Positions 36,669 to 46,393 of a DNA stretch of 64,000 nt are shown one piece after another. The position numbers and the translations under genes were made by a program. Below the pieces are notes generated by a model. That model ran no database searches. It worked only from the letters and a program-made list of their open reading frames with translations, and was not told the origin of the DNA. Every line of letters starts with the position of its first letter. Within the stretch, counting starts at the first letter, position 1. This DNA comes from Phenylobacterium sp. (GTDB taxonomy: Bacteria; Pseudomonadota; Alphaproteobacteria; Caulobacterales; Caulobacteraceae), in NCBI RefSeq assembly GCF_046590535.1, contig NZ_JBKJTG010000251.1, forward strand, positions 10,995 through 74,994. The letters run 5' to 3'.

Positions 36669-39425
36669 ATGATCAGCCACTTGACCCTGAAGCGCCGCGC
36701 CGCCGTCCTGGCCCTGTGCGCGGGCCTCGCCGCGCCGCTGGCAGCGCCCGCCCAGCCCAGGCTGACCACGCCGAAGGAGGCCTTCGGCCACGACATCGGG
36801 GCGGACTACCGGCTGGTGAACTACACCCAGACCGAAGCCTATCTGAAGACCCTGGCCAGCCAGTCCGACCGCATGAAGCTGGTGGACATCGGCCCCACCG
36901 AGGAGGGTCGCCGCGAGTACGTGGCCATCGTCTCCTCGCCGGCCAACCTGGCGAAGCTCGACCGCTACCGCGAGATCGCGCGGCGGATGGCCAAGGCCAA
37001 GGGCGTCGACGAGGCGGCCGCGAAAGCCATGGCCCGGGAAGGCAAGGCGGTGGTCTGGATCGACGGCGGCCTCCACGCCAACGAGACGGTCCCGACACAA
37101 GCGCTGATCGCGGCGCTCTACCAGACGCTGAACGCCCGGGACGCCGAGACCCTGCGCATCCTCGACGACGTGATCATCCTGTTCGCCGAGGTGAACCCGG
37201 ACGGCCAGGAGATGATCTCCAACTGGTACATGCGCAACGAAGATCCGAAGAAGCGAGAATTCCACAGTCTTCCGATGCTATATCACAAGTACATCGGCCA
37301 TGATAACAACCGCGACTACTTTCTATCTGCAATGAAAGAGACTACCAACGTCAACCGGATGTTCTTCCGGGAGTGGTTTCCACAGATCGTCTACAACCAG
37401 CATCAGACGGGGCCCGCCGGGACGGTGGTGTTTGTCCCGCCGTTCCGCGACCCCTTCAACTATCATTACGACCCCCTGGTGATGACCACCTTGAGCGAGA
37501 TCGGCGCGGCCATGCACAGCCGGCTGATCGAGGAGGGCAAGCCCGGCTCCACCATGCGCAGCGGCGCCACCTACTCCACCTGGCACAACGGGATGGAGCG
37601 CTCGGTCATGTACTTCCACAACGCCGTGGGCCTGCTCACCGAGATCATCGGCCACCCCACGCCCATGAGCATCCCCCTGGTGGCCAGGAACCAGATCGCC
37701 CGCAACGACCTGCCCGCGCCCATCGCGCCGCAGGAATGGAAGTTCGCCCAGTCCATCGACTACTCGCTGACCCTGAACCACGCGGTGCTGGACTATGCCT
37801 CGCGCAACCGCGAGCGGCTGTTGATGAACATCTGGCGGATGGGCGCCAACTCCATCAGCCGCGGCCAGAAGGATTCCTGGACGGTCACGCCCAAGCGGAT
37901 CGCCGCCCTCGAGGCCGCCGCCAAGGGCAAGCCCCTGGTGGGGACCGGGCGCAACGCCGGCCTGCAGCCTGACCTCTACGCATCCGTCCTACGCGACCCG
38001 GCGATGCGCGACGCCCGCGGGTACATCCTGCCCGCCGACCAGGCCGACCTGCCCACGGCGGTGAAGTTCCTCAATTCGCTGATCAAGACCGGCGTCGACG
38101 TGGAGCGCGCCACCCGGGACTTCACGGTGGCCGGCAAGACCTATCCCGCCGGCTCCTATGTGGTGAAGGCCGACCAGGCCTACCGCCCGCACCTGCTGGA
38201 CATGTTCGAGCCGCAGGACCATCCGCACGACGTGGAGTATCCCGGCGGCCCGCCGGTCGCCCCCTACGACGTCGCCGGCTACACGCTGGCCCTGCAGATG
38301 GGCGTGAAGTTCGACCGCGTGCTGGAGGGGTTCGACGGGCCGTTCGAGCCGGTGGCCGACGTCATGGCGCCACCGCCGGGCCGGATGGTCGGGTCCGGCC
38401 GCGCCGGCTGGCTGGTCAGCCACGCGCAGAACGACAGCTTCATCCTTTCCAACCGCCTCCTGAAGGCGGGCCAGCCGGTCTATTGGGTCAAGGCCGCCAC
38501 GCGGGCCGGGCGGCAGGCCTTTGCGCCCGGCGCCCTGTGGATCCCCGCCAGCCCCGCCAGCCGCGCCGCGGTCGAGGCGGCGGTCACGGGCCTGGGCCTT
38601 GACGCCCACGCGGTGGGCCGCGCGCAGGCTGGCGAAACGCTGAAGCTGAAGCCCGTCCGGGTGGGGCTGGTGGACAAGTACGGGGGCGTGATGACCGCCG
38701 GTTGGACCCGCTGGCTGCTGGAGCAGTTCGAGTTCGACTACGCAGATGTCTATCCGCAGCGCCTGGACGCCGGCGACCTGAACCGCGACTTCGACGTCCT
38801 GGTGTTCACCAACGGCGTGCTGGCCGCGGGCGAGGGTGAGGGCTTCACCTCGCGTCAGCCGAAGCCCGAGGATATCCCAGCAGAATTCCACCCCTGGTTG
38901 GGCGAGATCACCCCGCAGAAGACCTGGCCGCAGGTGGCCGCCTTCCTGCGCGCCGGCGGTACGGTGGCGGCCATCGGGCCCTCGACCCGCCTGGCGGCGG
39001 CGGTGAGCGCGCCGGTGACCGACGTCCTGGCCACCACCGCGGGCCTGCCCCTGCCGCGCACGCAGTTCTATATCCCGGGCTCGCTGCTGGAGGTGGCGGT
39101 GGACAACAGCCAGCCGCTGGCGTTCGGCGCGCCGGCGACCATGAACGTGTTCTTCGACCGCAGCCCGGCGTTCCGGGTGGCGCCCGGCTCGGCCGCCGCG
39201 CGGGCGGCCTGGTATCCGCAGGGCGACGTGCTGCGCAGCGGCTGGGCGGTGGGCCAGGACAGGCTCAATGGCGCGGCCGCCGTGGTCGACCTGGACGTGG
39301 GCCGGGGCAAGCTCTTCCTGCTGGGCCCGGAGGTGGCGCAACGGGCGCAACCGCACGCGTCCTTCCGGTTCCTGTTCAACGGCCTGCAGTACGGGCCGGC
39401 CGTTTCAAGGGCAGCGGTCAACTAG
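36669..39425 (+). CDS. secreted M14-family zinc carboxypeptidase-like protein with a large C-terminal extension
   Basis: Signal peptide (MISHLTLKRRAAVLALCAGLAAPLAAPAQP). Zn-binding GGLHANE (HxxE). Confidence 0.8.
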   Translation: MISHLTLKRRAAVLALCAGLAAPLAAPAQPRLTTPKEAFGHDIGADYRLVNYTQTEAYLKTLASQSDRMKLVDIGPTEEGRREYVAIVSSPANLAKLDRYREIARRMAKAKGVDEAAAKAMAREGKAVVWIDGGLHANETVPTQALIAALYQTLNARDAETLRILDDVIILFAEVNPDGQEMISNWYMRNEDPKKREFHSLPMLYHKYIGHDNNRDYFLSAMKETTNVNRMFFREWFPQIVYNQHQTGPAGTVVFVPPFRDPFNYHYDPLVMTTLSEIGAAMHSRLIEEGKPGSTMRSGATYSTWHNGMERSVMYFHNAVGLLTEIIGHPTPMSIPLVARNQIARNDLPAPIAPQEWKFAQSIDYSLTLNHAVLDYASRNRERLLMNIWRMGANSISRGQKDSWTVTPKRIAALEAAAKGKPLVGTGRNAGLQPDLYASVLRDPAMRDARGYILPADQADLPTAVKFLNSLIKTGVDVERATRDFTVAGKTYPAGSYVVKADQAYRPHLLDMFEPQDHPHDVEYPGGPPVAPYDVAGYTLALQMGVKFDRVLEGFDGPFEPVADVMAPPPGRMVGSGRAGWLVSHAQNDSFILSNRLLKAGQPVYWVKAATRAGRQAFAPGALWIPASPASRAAVEAAVTGLGLDAHAVGRAQAGETLKLKPVRVGLVDKYGGVMTAGWTRWLLEQFEFDYADVYPQRLDAGDLNRDFDVLVFTNGVLAAGEGEGFTSRQPKPEDIPAEFHPWLGEITPQKTWPQVAAFLRAGGTVAAIGPSTRLAAAVSAPVTDVLATTAGLPLPRTQFYIPGSLLEVAVDNSQPLAFGAPATMNVFFDRSPAFRVAPGSAAARAAWYPQGDVLRSGWAVGQDRLNGAAAVVDLDVGRGKLFLLGPEVAQRAQPHASFRFLFNGLQYGPAVSRAAVN

Positions 39426-39657
39426 ACGGTCGCCCGACCGGCGAGGCGAACCGTCGCCGCGCACCTGATCGGCTTCTATCGCCAGCCTTCGCCGGCCATC
39501 ACGGCGCTGCTGGCGGCGCGGGCGGCGGGGACCATCAACGCCGGCGCCACCATCTGCGGAGGCGGCGCCTGCGCAAACTCTGACTTCTGTTGTAGGGTCG
39601 CCCTTCGCTGCGGCCTTAGGGGGCACTGGCCGTCGCGTTGCCTGGACTGAGCCCGGA

Positions 39658-40056
39658 ATGCCTATGAGCACGCGCCAACTTACCGTCCTCGTCGCCGACG
39701 ACGATCCCCTTCTGCGAGCCATCCTGGAGCACAAGCTGAGCGCGGCCGGCTACGCCGTGCACAGCGTCGAGGACGGGCAGGCGGCGCTGGACGCCGCGGC
39801 GCGGCTGCGGCCGGACCTCCTCGTACTCGATGGCATGATGCCGATCATGGACGGCTTCGAGGTCCTGCGGCGGCTGAAGGCCGACGGTGACCTGTGCAAG
39901 ATCATCGTGGTGATGCTGACGGCCCTCAAACGTCAGGAAGACGTCCTGGGGGCGCTCAAGCTGGGGGCGGATGACTACCTCGCCAAGCCGTTCAACCCCG
40001 ATGAACTCGTCGCGCGGCTCGACCGACTCTCAGCGCCGTTGCGGATGGGCCCGTGA
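39658..40056 (+). CDS. single-domain response regulator (REC only)
   Basis: VLVADDD...LLVLDGMMPIMDG...T...AKPF. The stop overlaps the next start (GTGA). Confidence 0.9.
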   Translation: MPMSTRQLTVLVADDDPLLRAILEHKLSAAGYAVHSVEDGQAALDAAARLRPDLLVLDGMMPIMDGFEVLRRLKADGDLCKIIVVMLTALKRQEDVLGALKLGADDYLAKPFNPDELVARLDRLSAPLRMGP

Positions 40057-41168
40057 GAACGTTCCTGCTCGGGGTCGTGCTCGTGCTGGCGGCGAGCGCC
40101 GCGCACGCCCAGGCGCCCGAATCCGCCCCGACCACCGGCGATAGCCTGGCCAGGGGCTCGGCCCTGCGCGCCAGCGGCCGTGCGGCGGAGGCCGTTCCCC
40201 TCCTGGAGGCGGCCATCCGCGAGAGCCCCGCCGACGCCGACGCCTGGCTGAACCTGGGCCTCGCCTACACCGCCACCGGCCGCTACGACGACGCCGAGCG
40301 GGTGCTGGACTACGCCCTGCGCCTGTCCCCCGACTATGCCGACGCGCATGTCGCCCGCGCGAGACTGGCCTTTTTCCGGGAGGATCTCCGGGAGGCGCGC
40401 CGCCGGCTGGCGCCTGCGCTCGCCGCCCGGCCGCAGAACCCCGACGCCCTGGCGCTGCAGGCGCAGCTCCTGCAGGCGCTGGCGGCAGCGTCCGCCCGGT
40501 GGCGGCTTGACGCCAACGTCAACACCGCGCGGCTCAGCGACGGACTCCCCGCCGCGCGCGGTGTGGCCGTCTTCCTGGGCCGCACCTTCGAGGGCGGCCT
40601 GACCCTTTCGGGCGGGATCGAGCGCCAGCGTCAGTTCGGCGCCACCGACACCTATCTGGAGGGCCAGTTCGGCCATCGCTTGGGCTATCTGGCGCTTGGC
40701 GGGACGGCCCATGCCGACTTCCGCCCGGAGGCGAGCGTGCGCGGCGGCCTCTATGCCCGGCCCAGGTCTCTGGGGGCGGGGTGGACCGCCCAGGCGGGCG
40801 CGGACGCGGGATGGTCGCGCTATGCGGCCGGCGACGTGCGGACCCTTACGCCGCTGATCACCCTGGCCCGCGGCGAGGCCCTGACGCTCACGGCGCGATG
40901 GATAAATGTGCTGGACGAGACCGACACGCGCAGGTCCGGCTACGGTCTGGCCGCCGCCTTTCGACCCCGCCCGCGTCTGCAACTCCTGGCCGGCTGGACC
41001 GACGCACCGGAGTCCAGCGACGGCGTGACCGTCGATGTGCAGGCCGTCAGCCTGGGCGTGGCCGTGGATGTGGCCGAGGACTTCACCCTGCGGCTGGGCG
41101 GGACCCGGGAGATACGCCGGGCCTATGACCGCGAAGATGTCTCCGCCGGCCTGACCCGCCGTTTCTGA
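40053..41168 (+). CDS. outer-membrane protein: N-terminal TPR repeats plus a YaiO-like beta-barrel
   Basis: Signal peptide ...AAHAQA. TPR segment (ADAWLNLGLAYTATGRYDDAERVLDYALRLSPDYADAH). The C-terminal half has alternating beta-strand character and ends in ...GLTRRF. Confidence 0.65.
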   Translation: MRTFLLGVVLVLAASAAHAQAPESAPTTGDSLARGSALRASGRAAEAVPLLEAAIRESPADADAWLNLGLAYTATGRYDDAERVLDYALRLSPDYADAHVARARLAFFREDLREARRRLAPALAARPQNPDALALQAQLLQALAAASARWRLDANVNTARLSDGLPAARGVAVFLGRTFEGGLTLSGGIERQRQFGATDTYLEGQFGHRLGYLALGGTAHADFRPEASVRGGLYARPRSLGAGWTAQAGADAGWSRYAAGDVRTLTPLITLARGEALTLTARWINVLDETDTRRSGYGLAAAFRPRPRLQLLAGWTDAPESSDGVTVDVQAVSLGVAVDVAEDFTLRLGGTREIRRAYDREDVSAGLTRRF

Positions 41169-41170
41169 CG

Positions 41171-42217
41171 GTGAGCCTGCTCAGCCTCATCTGGTCGGTC
41201 GCCCTGGCGCTATGCGCCGCGGCGGTCCTGTGGATGTCGGCGCTGATCGTCCTGCGGGTCTTCTCGGATCGTGCAGCGCGCCGCCGGGCGGAGGATCGCC
41301 GGGCGGTGGAGCGGTGCTTCGTGGGCATTCTGCAAGGCCGCTCCGACGTGGTGCGGGACCTGGCGCCCTACCGCGGCCGGGCGCGCCTGATGGCCGAGTC
41401 CCTGCTGGACTTCCTGACCCTGGTGCGCGGGGTGGATCTGGAGATCGTGCTGGGCGCCCTGGAGAGCGTCGGGGTCGACAAGGTCCTGGCGGCGCGCCTG
41501 AACCGCGGTTCCCTGGCCGGGCGCCTGGCGAGCGTCGAGGCCCTGGGCGCCTTTGCCGGCGAAGCGACCCGCGCCGCCCTGGTGCAGGCGGCCGCCCGCG
41601 GTCCGGCCACCGTGCGGCTGGCCGCCCTGCGCTCGCTGCTTCAGGCCGGCGGCGAGGTCGATATCGCGCGCCTGCTGCAGCACCTCGCCCGCGGCGAACT
41701 GCGGCACAGCGGTCCGCTGACGGATCTGGCGCACCTGGTCATCGCGGCCGACCCGACGGCCGCCATGGGCGTGCTGGCGCAGCCTGACCTCGCCCCCGCG
41801 ACCCGCATCCTGATCGTCGAGGGCCTGGGCGCGGCCGGGGCCTACGCCGCCCTGCCGATCATCAACGCTCACGCGGAGGCCGGACGCGCGGATGTCCGGG
41901 CAGCGGCGATCTCCACCCTAGGGCGGATGATGCACCCCGCGGCTGAACCCGCGCTTGAGCGGGCGTTGACGGACCCGGCCTGGGAAGTTCGGTCGGCGGC
42001 GGCCGCGGCGATCGGCGAGGCGCGCCTGGCGTCGCTTGTCGGACCCCTCGCGGCGCAGCTATCCGACAGCGTGTGGATCGTGCGGTTTCAAAGTGCTGGC
42101 GCCTTGCTGAAGCTGGGTGAATCCGGCCTCGAGCGGCTCCGGGCGGCCGCCTTGGGCGCTGACGCCAGGGCCGAGCAGACGGCGTCCCTGATGCTGGCCG
42201 AACGCGGGCTGGCGTGA
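41171..42217 (+). CDS. membrane-anchored HEAT/armadillo-repeat protein
   Basis: One N-terminal TM helix, then repeated ...VR.AA..ALG..G... units (for example DPAWEVRSAAAAAIGEA and DSVWIVRFQSAGALLKLG). Confidence 0.65.
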   Translation: MSLLSLIWSVALALCAAAVLWMSALIVLRVFSDRAARRRAEDRRAVERCFVGILQGRSDVVRDLAPYRGRARLMAESLLDFLTLVRGVDLEIVLGALESVGVDKVLAARLNRGSLAGRLASVEALGAFAGEATRAALVQAAARGPATVRLAALRSLLQAGGEVDIARLLQHLARGELRHSGPLTDLAHLVIAADPTAAMGVLAQPDLAPATRILIVEGLGAAGAYAALPIINAHAEAGRADVRAAAISTLGRMMHPAAEPALERALTDPAWEVRSAAAAAIGEARLASLVGPLAAQLSDSVWIVRFQSAGALLKLGESGLERLRAAALGADARAEQTASLMLAERGLA

Positions 42218-43641
42218 TGGACCTCATGTCCGCCGCCCTCGTGCTGACCCGGTCCGCGGAGTCCGTCGCCGGGTTCGTCATCGCCGCAGGCGTTGCCCAG
42301 AACGCCTTCCACCTTCTGCAGTTGGTAGTGGCCGGCGTGGCGCTTCGGCGGACCCGCGGCGCGGTCGAGCCGGCGCAGCTGTGGCGCCGCTATGCGGAGA
42401 ACGCGCCGCCCATCAGTCTTCTGGTGCCCGCCTACAACGAGGAAATGTCGATCGTTGAAAGCCTGCGCTCCCTGCTGGCTCTGCAGTATCCGACCTTCGA
42501 GGTCGTGGTCGTCAATGACGGGTCGAAGGACGGAACCCTGGCGGCGCTGATCGCCGCGTTCGACCTGGCGCCGGTGGAGCGCAGCTACGACACCGTCGCG
42601 CCCCATGCCCGCATTCGTAGACTTTATGGCTCGCCGCACCAACCCAGACTGCTCGTGGCGGACAAGGAGAACGGTGGCAAGGCGGACGCGCTCAACGCCG
42701 CCATCAACCTCTCCCGGGCCCCCATCGTCTGCTCGATGGACGCGGACTCCCTGCTGGAGCCGGACGCGCTGCTGCGCGGGGTGCGGCCGTTCGTCGAGGA
42801 TCCACAGCGGGTGGTGGCGGCCGGCGGGACGGTGCGCGTGGTCAACGGCTGCAAAATCCAGCACGGCCGGGTCACGCGGGTGGGCACCCCCCGCAACCTG
42901 CTAGCTCTCTTGCAGACCATCGAGTATCTGCGCGCCTTCCTGATGGCGCGCCTGGCCTGGAGCGAGATGGGGTCGCTGCTGATCATCTCCGGCGCCTTCG
43001 GGCTGTTCCGCCGCGACGCGGTCCTCGAGGTGGGCGGCTACAGCCTGGGGACGGTGGGCGAAGACATGGAGTTGGTGGTCAAGCTGCACCGCCACTTCCG
43101 GCGCGCGAAACGCCCCTATCGCATCGCCTTCGTCCCCGAACCCGTCTGCTGGACAGAGGCCCCCGAGACCCTCTCCGTGCTGGGGCGCCAACGGGCCCGC
43201 TGGCACCGCGGGGCGCTGGAGACCTTCGTGCGCCACAGGGCGATGGTCCTGAATCCGCGCTATGGCCGGGTCGGTCTCTTGGGTTTCGGCTATATCCTTC
43301 TGGTCGATGTTCTGGGGCCCTTCGTCGAGTTGGCGGGCTACATGTTGGTCCCCGCCCTTTGGCTGCTGGGCGTCCTTCACGTGGACTATCTGTACGCCTT
43401 CCTGGCGATCAGCTTCGGCTTCGGGGTCATGCTCAGTATCGGCGCCCTGGCGCTGGAGGAAACCGAGCTGCGTCGCTTCCCGCTGGTCCGCAACCTCGTG
43501 CTTCTGATGTTCGCCGCCATCATTGAGAACTTCGGCTACCGGCAGCTCAACAACCTTTGGCGACTTCACGGAACCTGGCAGTTCATCACCCGGCAGCACG
43601 GCTGGGGGACCATGACCCGGCGAGGATTCACCCGTGCTTGA
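42214..43641 (+). CDS. processive family-2 glycosyltransferase (PgaC/IcaA/YaiP-like polysaccharide synthase)
   Basis: TM helices flank a GT-A domain. Motifs are VPAYNEE, NDGS.D, DAD, GED and QRARWHRG (QxxRW). The start overlaps the HEAT protein stop. Confidence 0.9.
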   Translation: MMDLMSAALVLTRSAESVAGFVIAAGVAQNAFHLLQLVVAGVALRRTRGAVEPAQLWRRYAENAPPISLLVPAYNEEMSIVESLRSLLALQYPTFEVVVVNDGSKDGTLAALIAAFDLAPVERSYDTVAPHARIRRLYGSPHQPRLLVADKENGGKADALNAAINLSRAPIVCSMDADSLLEPDALLRGVRPFVEDPQRVVAAGGTVRVVNGCKIQHGRVTRVGTPRNLLALLQTIEYLRAFLMARLAWSEMGSLLIISGAFGLFRRDAVLEVGGYSLGTVGEDMELVVKLHRHFRRAKRPYRIAFVPEPVCWTEAPETLSVLGRQRARWHRGALETFVRHRAMVLNPRYGRVGLLGFGYILLVDVLGPFVELAGYMLVPALWLLGVLHVDYLYAFLAISFGFGVMLSIGALALEETELRRFPLVRNLVLLMFAAIIENFGYRQLNNLWRLHGTWQFITRQHGWGTMTRRGFTRA

Positions 43642-43891
43642 GGCAAACGGACTCCAGCTCGCGCAGCAGGGCCGCCATCTCGGCCGCGTCCGGTTGACCG
43701 GCGTGCCGGCGGTCGTCGACGGCGCCGGCCAAGCGGCTCAACTCATCGAAGCCGAACACGCCCGCCGTGCCGGAGAGCCGGTGGATGAGCACCCCCGCCG
43801 CCTCGGGCTCAAGCCCGCCCCGCAGCTTCGCCAGATCGTCCGCGGCCCTGGCCAGGAAGCGGGCCCTGAGCGGAGCCATCGGATCGCTCAC
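43628..43891 (-). CDS. Hpt (histidine phosphotransfer) domain protein
   Basis: 87 aa with IHRLSGTAGVFGF (HxLxGxAG). ATGA overlap with the upstream REC gene. Confidence 0.7.
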   Translation of the reverse strand: MSDPMAPLRARFLARAADDLAKLRGGLEPEAAGVLIHRLSGTAGVFGFDELSRLAGAVDDRRHAGQPDAAEMAALLRELESVCLKHG

Positions 43892-44259
43892 AGGCCAGCC
43901 AGGCGCCGGACCTCGGCCGCCAGCCCAATCGGGTCGAAGGGCTTGGTGATCACCCCGGCCACGCCCAGGGCCATCAGCTGCGCCAGTTCATCGGGCAGCA
44001 CGCGCGCGGTGATGAACAGCGCCGCGGGCTGGACGCCGGCGCGCGCACGGATCTCGGCCAGCAGCATCGGCCCATCCATCTGTGGCATCATCACATCCAG
44101 CATGACGATGTCGGCTTTCCAACTTTCGAGCAGGGTGAGCGCCTCGGGACCGGAAGCGGCGATCCGGACCTCGAGGTCCTCGTCCATCTGCAGGCACAGC
44201 TCCGCCACTTCCCGGATGTCCGCATCGTCGTCGACGTACAGCACCTTCAACGGCGACAT
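43888..44259 (-). CDS. single-domain response regulator
   Basis: VLYVDDD...IVMLDVMMPQMDG...T...TKPF. Confidence 0.9.
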   Translation of the reverse strand: MSPLKVLYVDDDADIREVAELCLQMDEDLEVRIAASGPEALTLLESWKADIVMLDVMMPQMDGPMLLAEIRARAGVQPAALFITARVLPDELAQLMALGVAGVITKPFDPIGLAAEVRRLAGL

Positions 44260-44349
44260 GACGGCTCCCAGCTACCCAGACCTACCGATAGCACCCCCGC
44301 ACGAAAGCCGTCACGGACCCCGGTCCGAACGGCTGCAACAGGCGCACCC

Positions 44350-46389
44350 ATGACCGACGCAGAAGCCGCCCGCCTCGCCACCTTGCGGGAATACCAGATC
44401 CTGGACACCGGCCCGGAGGCCGTGTTCGACCGCATCACCGAACTGGCGGCCGACCTGTTCGACGCCCCCATCGCCCTGGTGTCGCTGGTGGACAAGGACC
44501 GTCAGTGGTTCAAGTCGATGGTGGGGCTGGACGTCCACGAAACGCCGCGAGAGCAGGCCTTCTGCGCCCACACCATCCTCACCGACGAGGTGATGGTGGT
44601 GCCTGACGCGGAGCTGGACGAGCGATTCCGCGACAACCCCCTGGTCCTGGACGATCCTCTGATCCGCTTCTATGCCGGCGCGCCCCTGACCATGCCCAAC
44701 GGTCAGCGGCTGGGGTCGCTGTGCATCATCGATCGCAACCCGCGGCCGCCGCTCACCCCGACCGAGCGCCGGCGCCTCCAGATTCTGGCGGAGATCGTGG
44801 TCAGCGAGATGAACCTGCGCCTGACACGCGAGCGGCTGGAACTGGCCAACAAGGAGGCCGAGACCGCCCGCGCCGCTATCGCCGAGCGGGAGAAGATGTT
44901 CCACGAACTGGCGGACTCCGCGCCGGACATGGTGCTGAAAGTCGATCAGACCTACACCATCGTCTACGCCTCTCCGTCGGTCAGCCAACTCGGCTATGTT
45001 CCTGAGGACCTGGTCGGGCAGCCCGGGCTCAGCCTGGTCCACCCTGACGACCTGTCCAGGATCACCACCCAGCTCGCCGGGCTGATGCAGGGCGGCGAAG
45101 CGGGGGCGGCGAAGGAACGCAGCTATCGCGTGCGCACCCGCCAGGGCGACTATGCGTGGGTGGAGGGCAACCCGAGCATGTTGCGCGAGGCCGATGGCTC
45201 CATCAGCGGCCTGGTCACCCAGTTGCGCGACATCACCCTGCGACGGGCGGCCGAGGAGGCCCTTGAGGCCAGCGAGGCGCGCTACCGCCTGCTGGCCGCG
45301 AACTCGAGCGACGTGATCGGCTGCTACGGCAAGAACGCCATCTTCACGTTCATCTCACCGGCGATCTACCGCGTGCTGGGCTACCGGCCCGAGGAGCTGG
45401 TCGGGCGCCATACCAGCGAGTTCATGCACAAGGACGACGTGCCCCACATCATGCGCATGTTCCGGGACTACATGGCGGCGGGGGAAGGCGCGGAGCCGAT
45501 CCGCTTCGAGTACCGGGCCTTCCGCAAGACCGGGGAACCGATCTGGCTGGAGGGGCATCCGCGGGCGATCTATGAGAACGGGACGTTCGTCGAGTTCCAG
45601 GACGTGGTGCGCGACATCTCCCTGCGTAAGGCGAACGAACGCGCGCTCGCCGAGGCGCGCGACGCCGCCGAGGCCGGGGCCGCGGCGAAGACCGAGTTCC
45701 TGGCCAACATGAGCCATGAGCTGCGCTCGCCGCTCACCAGCATCATCGGGTTCGCGGGCATCCTGGGCGCCTCCCCCACCCTGGGTGAGAGGGAGCGGCG
45801 CTTCACTGAGCGGATCGGCGCGGCGTCGAACAACCTCCTGACCATCGTCAACGACGTCCTCGACCTCGCCCGCCTGGACTCCGGCGAACTGTCGATCAAG
45901 CCGGAGGCGACGGACCCGCGGGAGGTGGTGGCCGGTGTCCTTGAGATGCTGGCCGAACAGGCTGCCGCCAAGGGTCTCGTGCTGACCATGGAATCGAAGG
46001 CTGACCTGCCGAAGGTGCTGGCGGATCCGGCGAGGCTGCGGCAGGTGGTCCTGAACCTGGTCAGCAACGCCGTGAAGTTCACCGAGAAGGGCTCCATCAC
46101 AGTTTGCCTGCGCCGGCAGGCCGAGACCCTGACCATCGCGGTGGTGGACACCGGCATCGGCATAGCGCCCGACCGCGTCGACCAGGTCTTTGAGCGGTTC
46201 GTCCAGGCGGACGCGTCGATCACCCGGAAGTTTGGCGGAACGGGACTGGGCCTCGCCATCTCACGGCGTCTCGTCGACCGCATGGGCGGTGATATTGAAG
46301 TGGCCAGCAAGATCGGCGAAGGCGCCACGTTCACGGTGCGCCTGCCGTTGTCGCTGCAGCCGGCCGCCCTCGCAGCGGAGGCCCATTGA
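44350..46389 (+). CDS. cytoplasmic GAF-PAS-PAS histidine kinase (no receiver domain)
   Basis: N-terminal GAF (ALVSLVDKDRQWFKS...FCAH), two PAS modules, H-box SHELRSPLTSI, and NLVSNAVKFT, DTGIGI, GTGLGLAIS boxes. Confidence 0.9.
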   Translation: MTDAEAARLATLREYQILDTGPEAVFDRITELAADLFDAPIALVSLVDKDRQWFKSMVGLDVHETPREQAFCAHTILTDEVMVVPDAELDERFRDNPLVLDDPLIRFYAGAPLTMPNGQRLGSLCIIDRNPRPPLTPTERRRLQILAEIVVSEMNLRLTRERLELANKEAETARAAIAEREKMFHELADSAPDMVLKVDQTYTIVYASPSVSQLGYVPEDLVGQPGLSLVHPDDLSRITTQLAGLMQGGEAGAAKERSYRVRTRQGDYAWVEGNPSMLREADGSISGLVTQLRDITLRRAAEEALEASEARYRLLAANSSDVIGCYGKNAIFTFISPAIYRVLGYRPEELVGRHTSEFMHKDDVPHIMRMFRDYMAAGEGAEPIRFEYRAFRKTGEPIWLEGHPRAIYENGTFVEFQDVVRDISLRKANERALAEARDAAEAGAAAKTEFLANMSHELRSPLTSIIGFAGILGASPTLGERERRFTERIGAASNNLLTIVNDVLDLARLDSGELSIKPEATDPREVVAGVLEMLAEQAAAKGLVLTMESKADLPKVLADPARLRQVVLNLVSNAVKFTEKGSITVCLRRQAETLTIAVVDTGIGIAPDRVDQVFERFVQADASITRKFGGTGLGLAISRRLVDRMGGDIEVASKIGEGATFTVRLPLSLQPAALAAEAH

Positions 46390-46393
46390 CAAC

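Noticed and set aside
37989-39356. 455-aa minus-strand ORF inside the M14 peptidase gene
   Set aside because: It is antisense, has no motifs and is Arg/Gly-rich.
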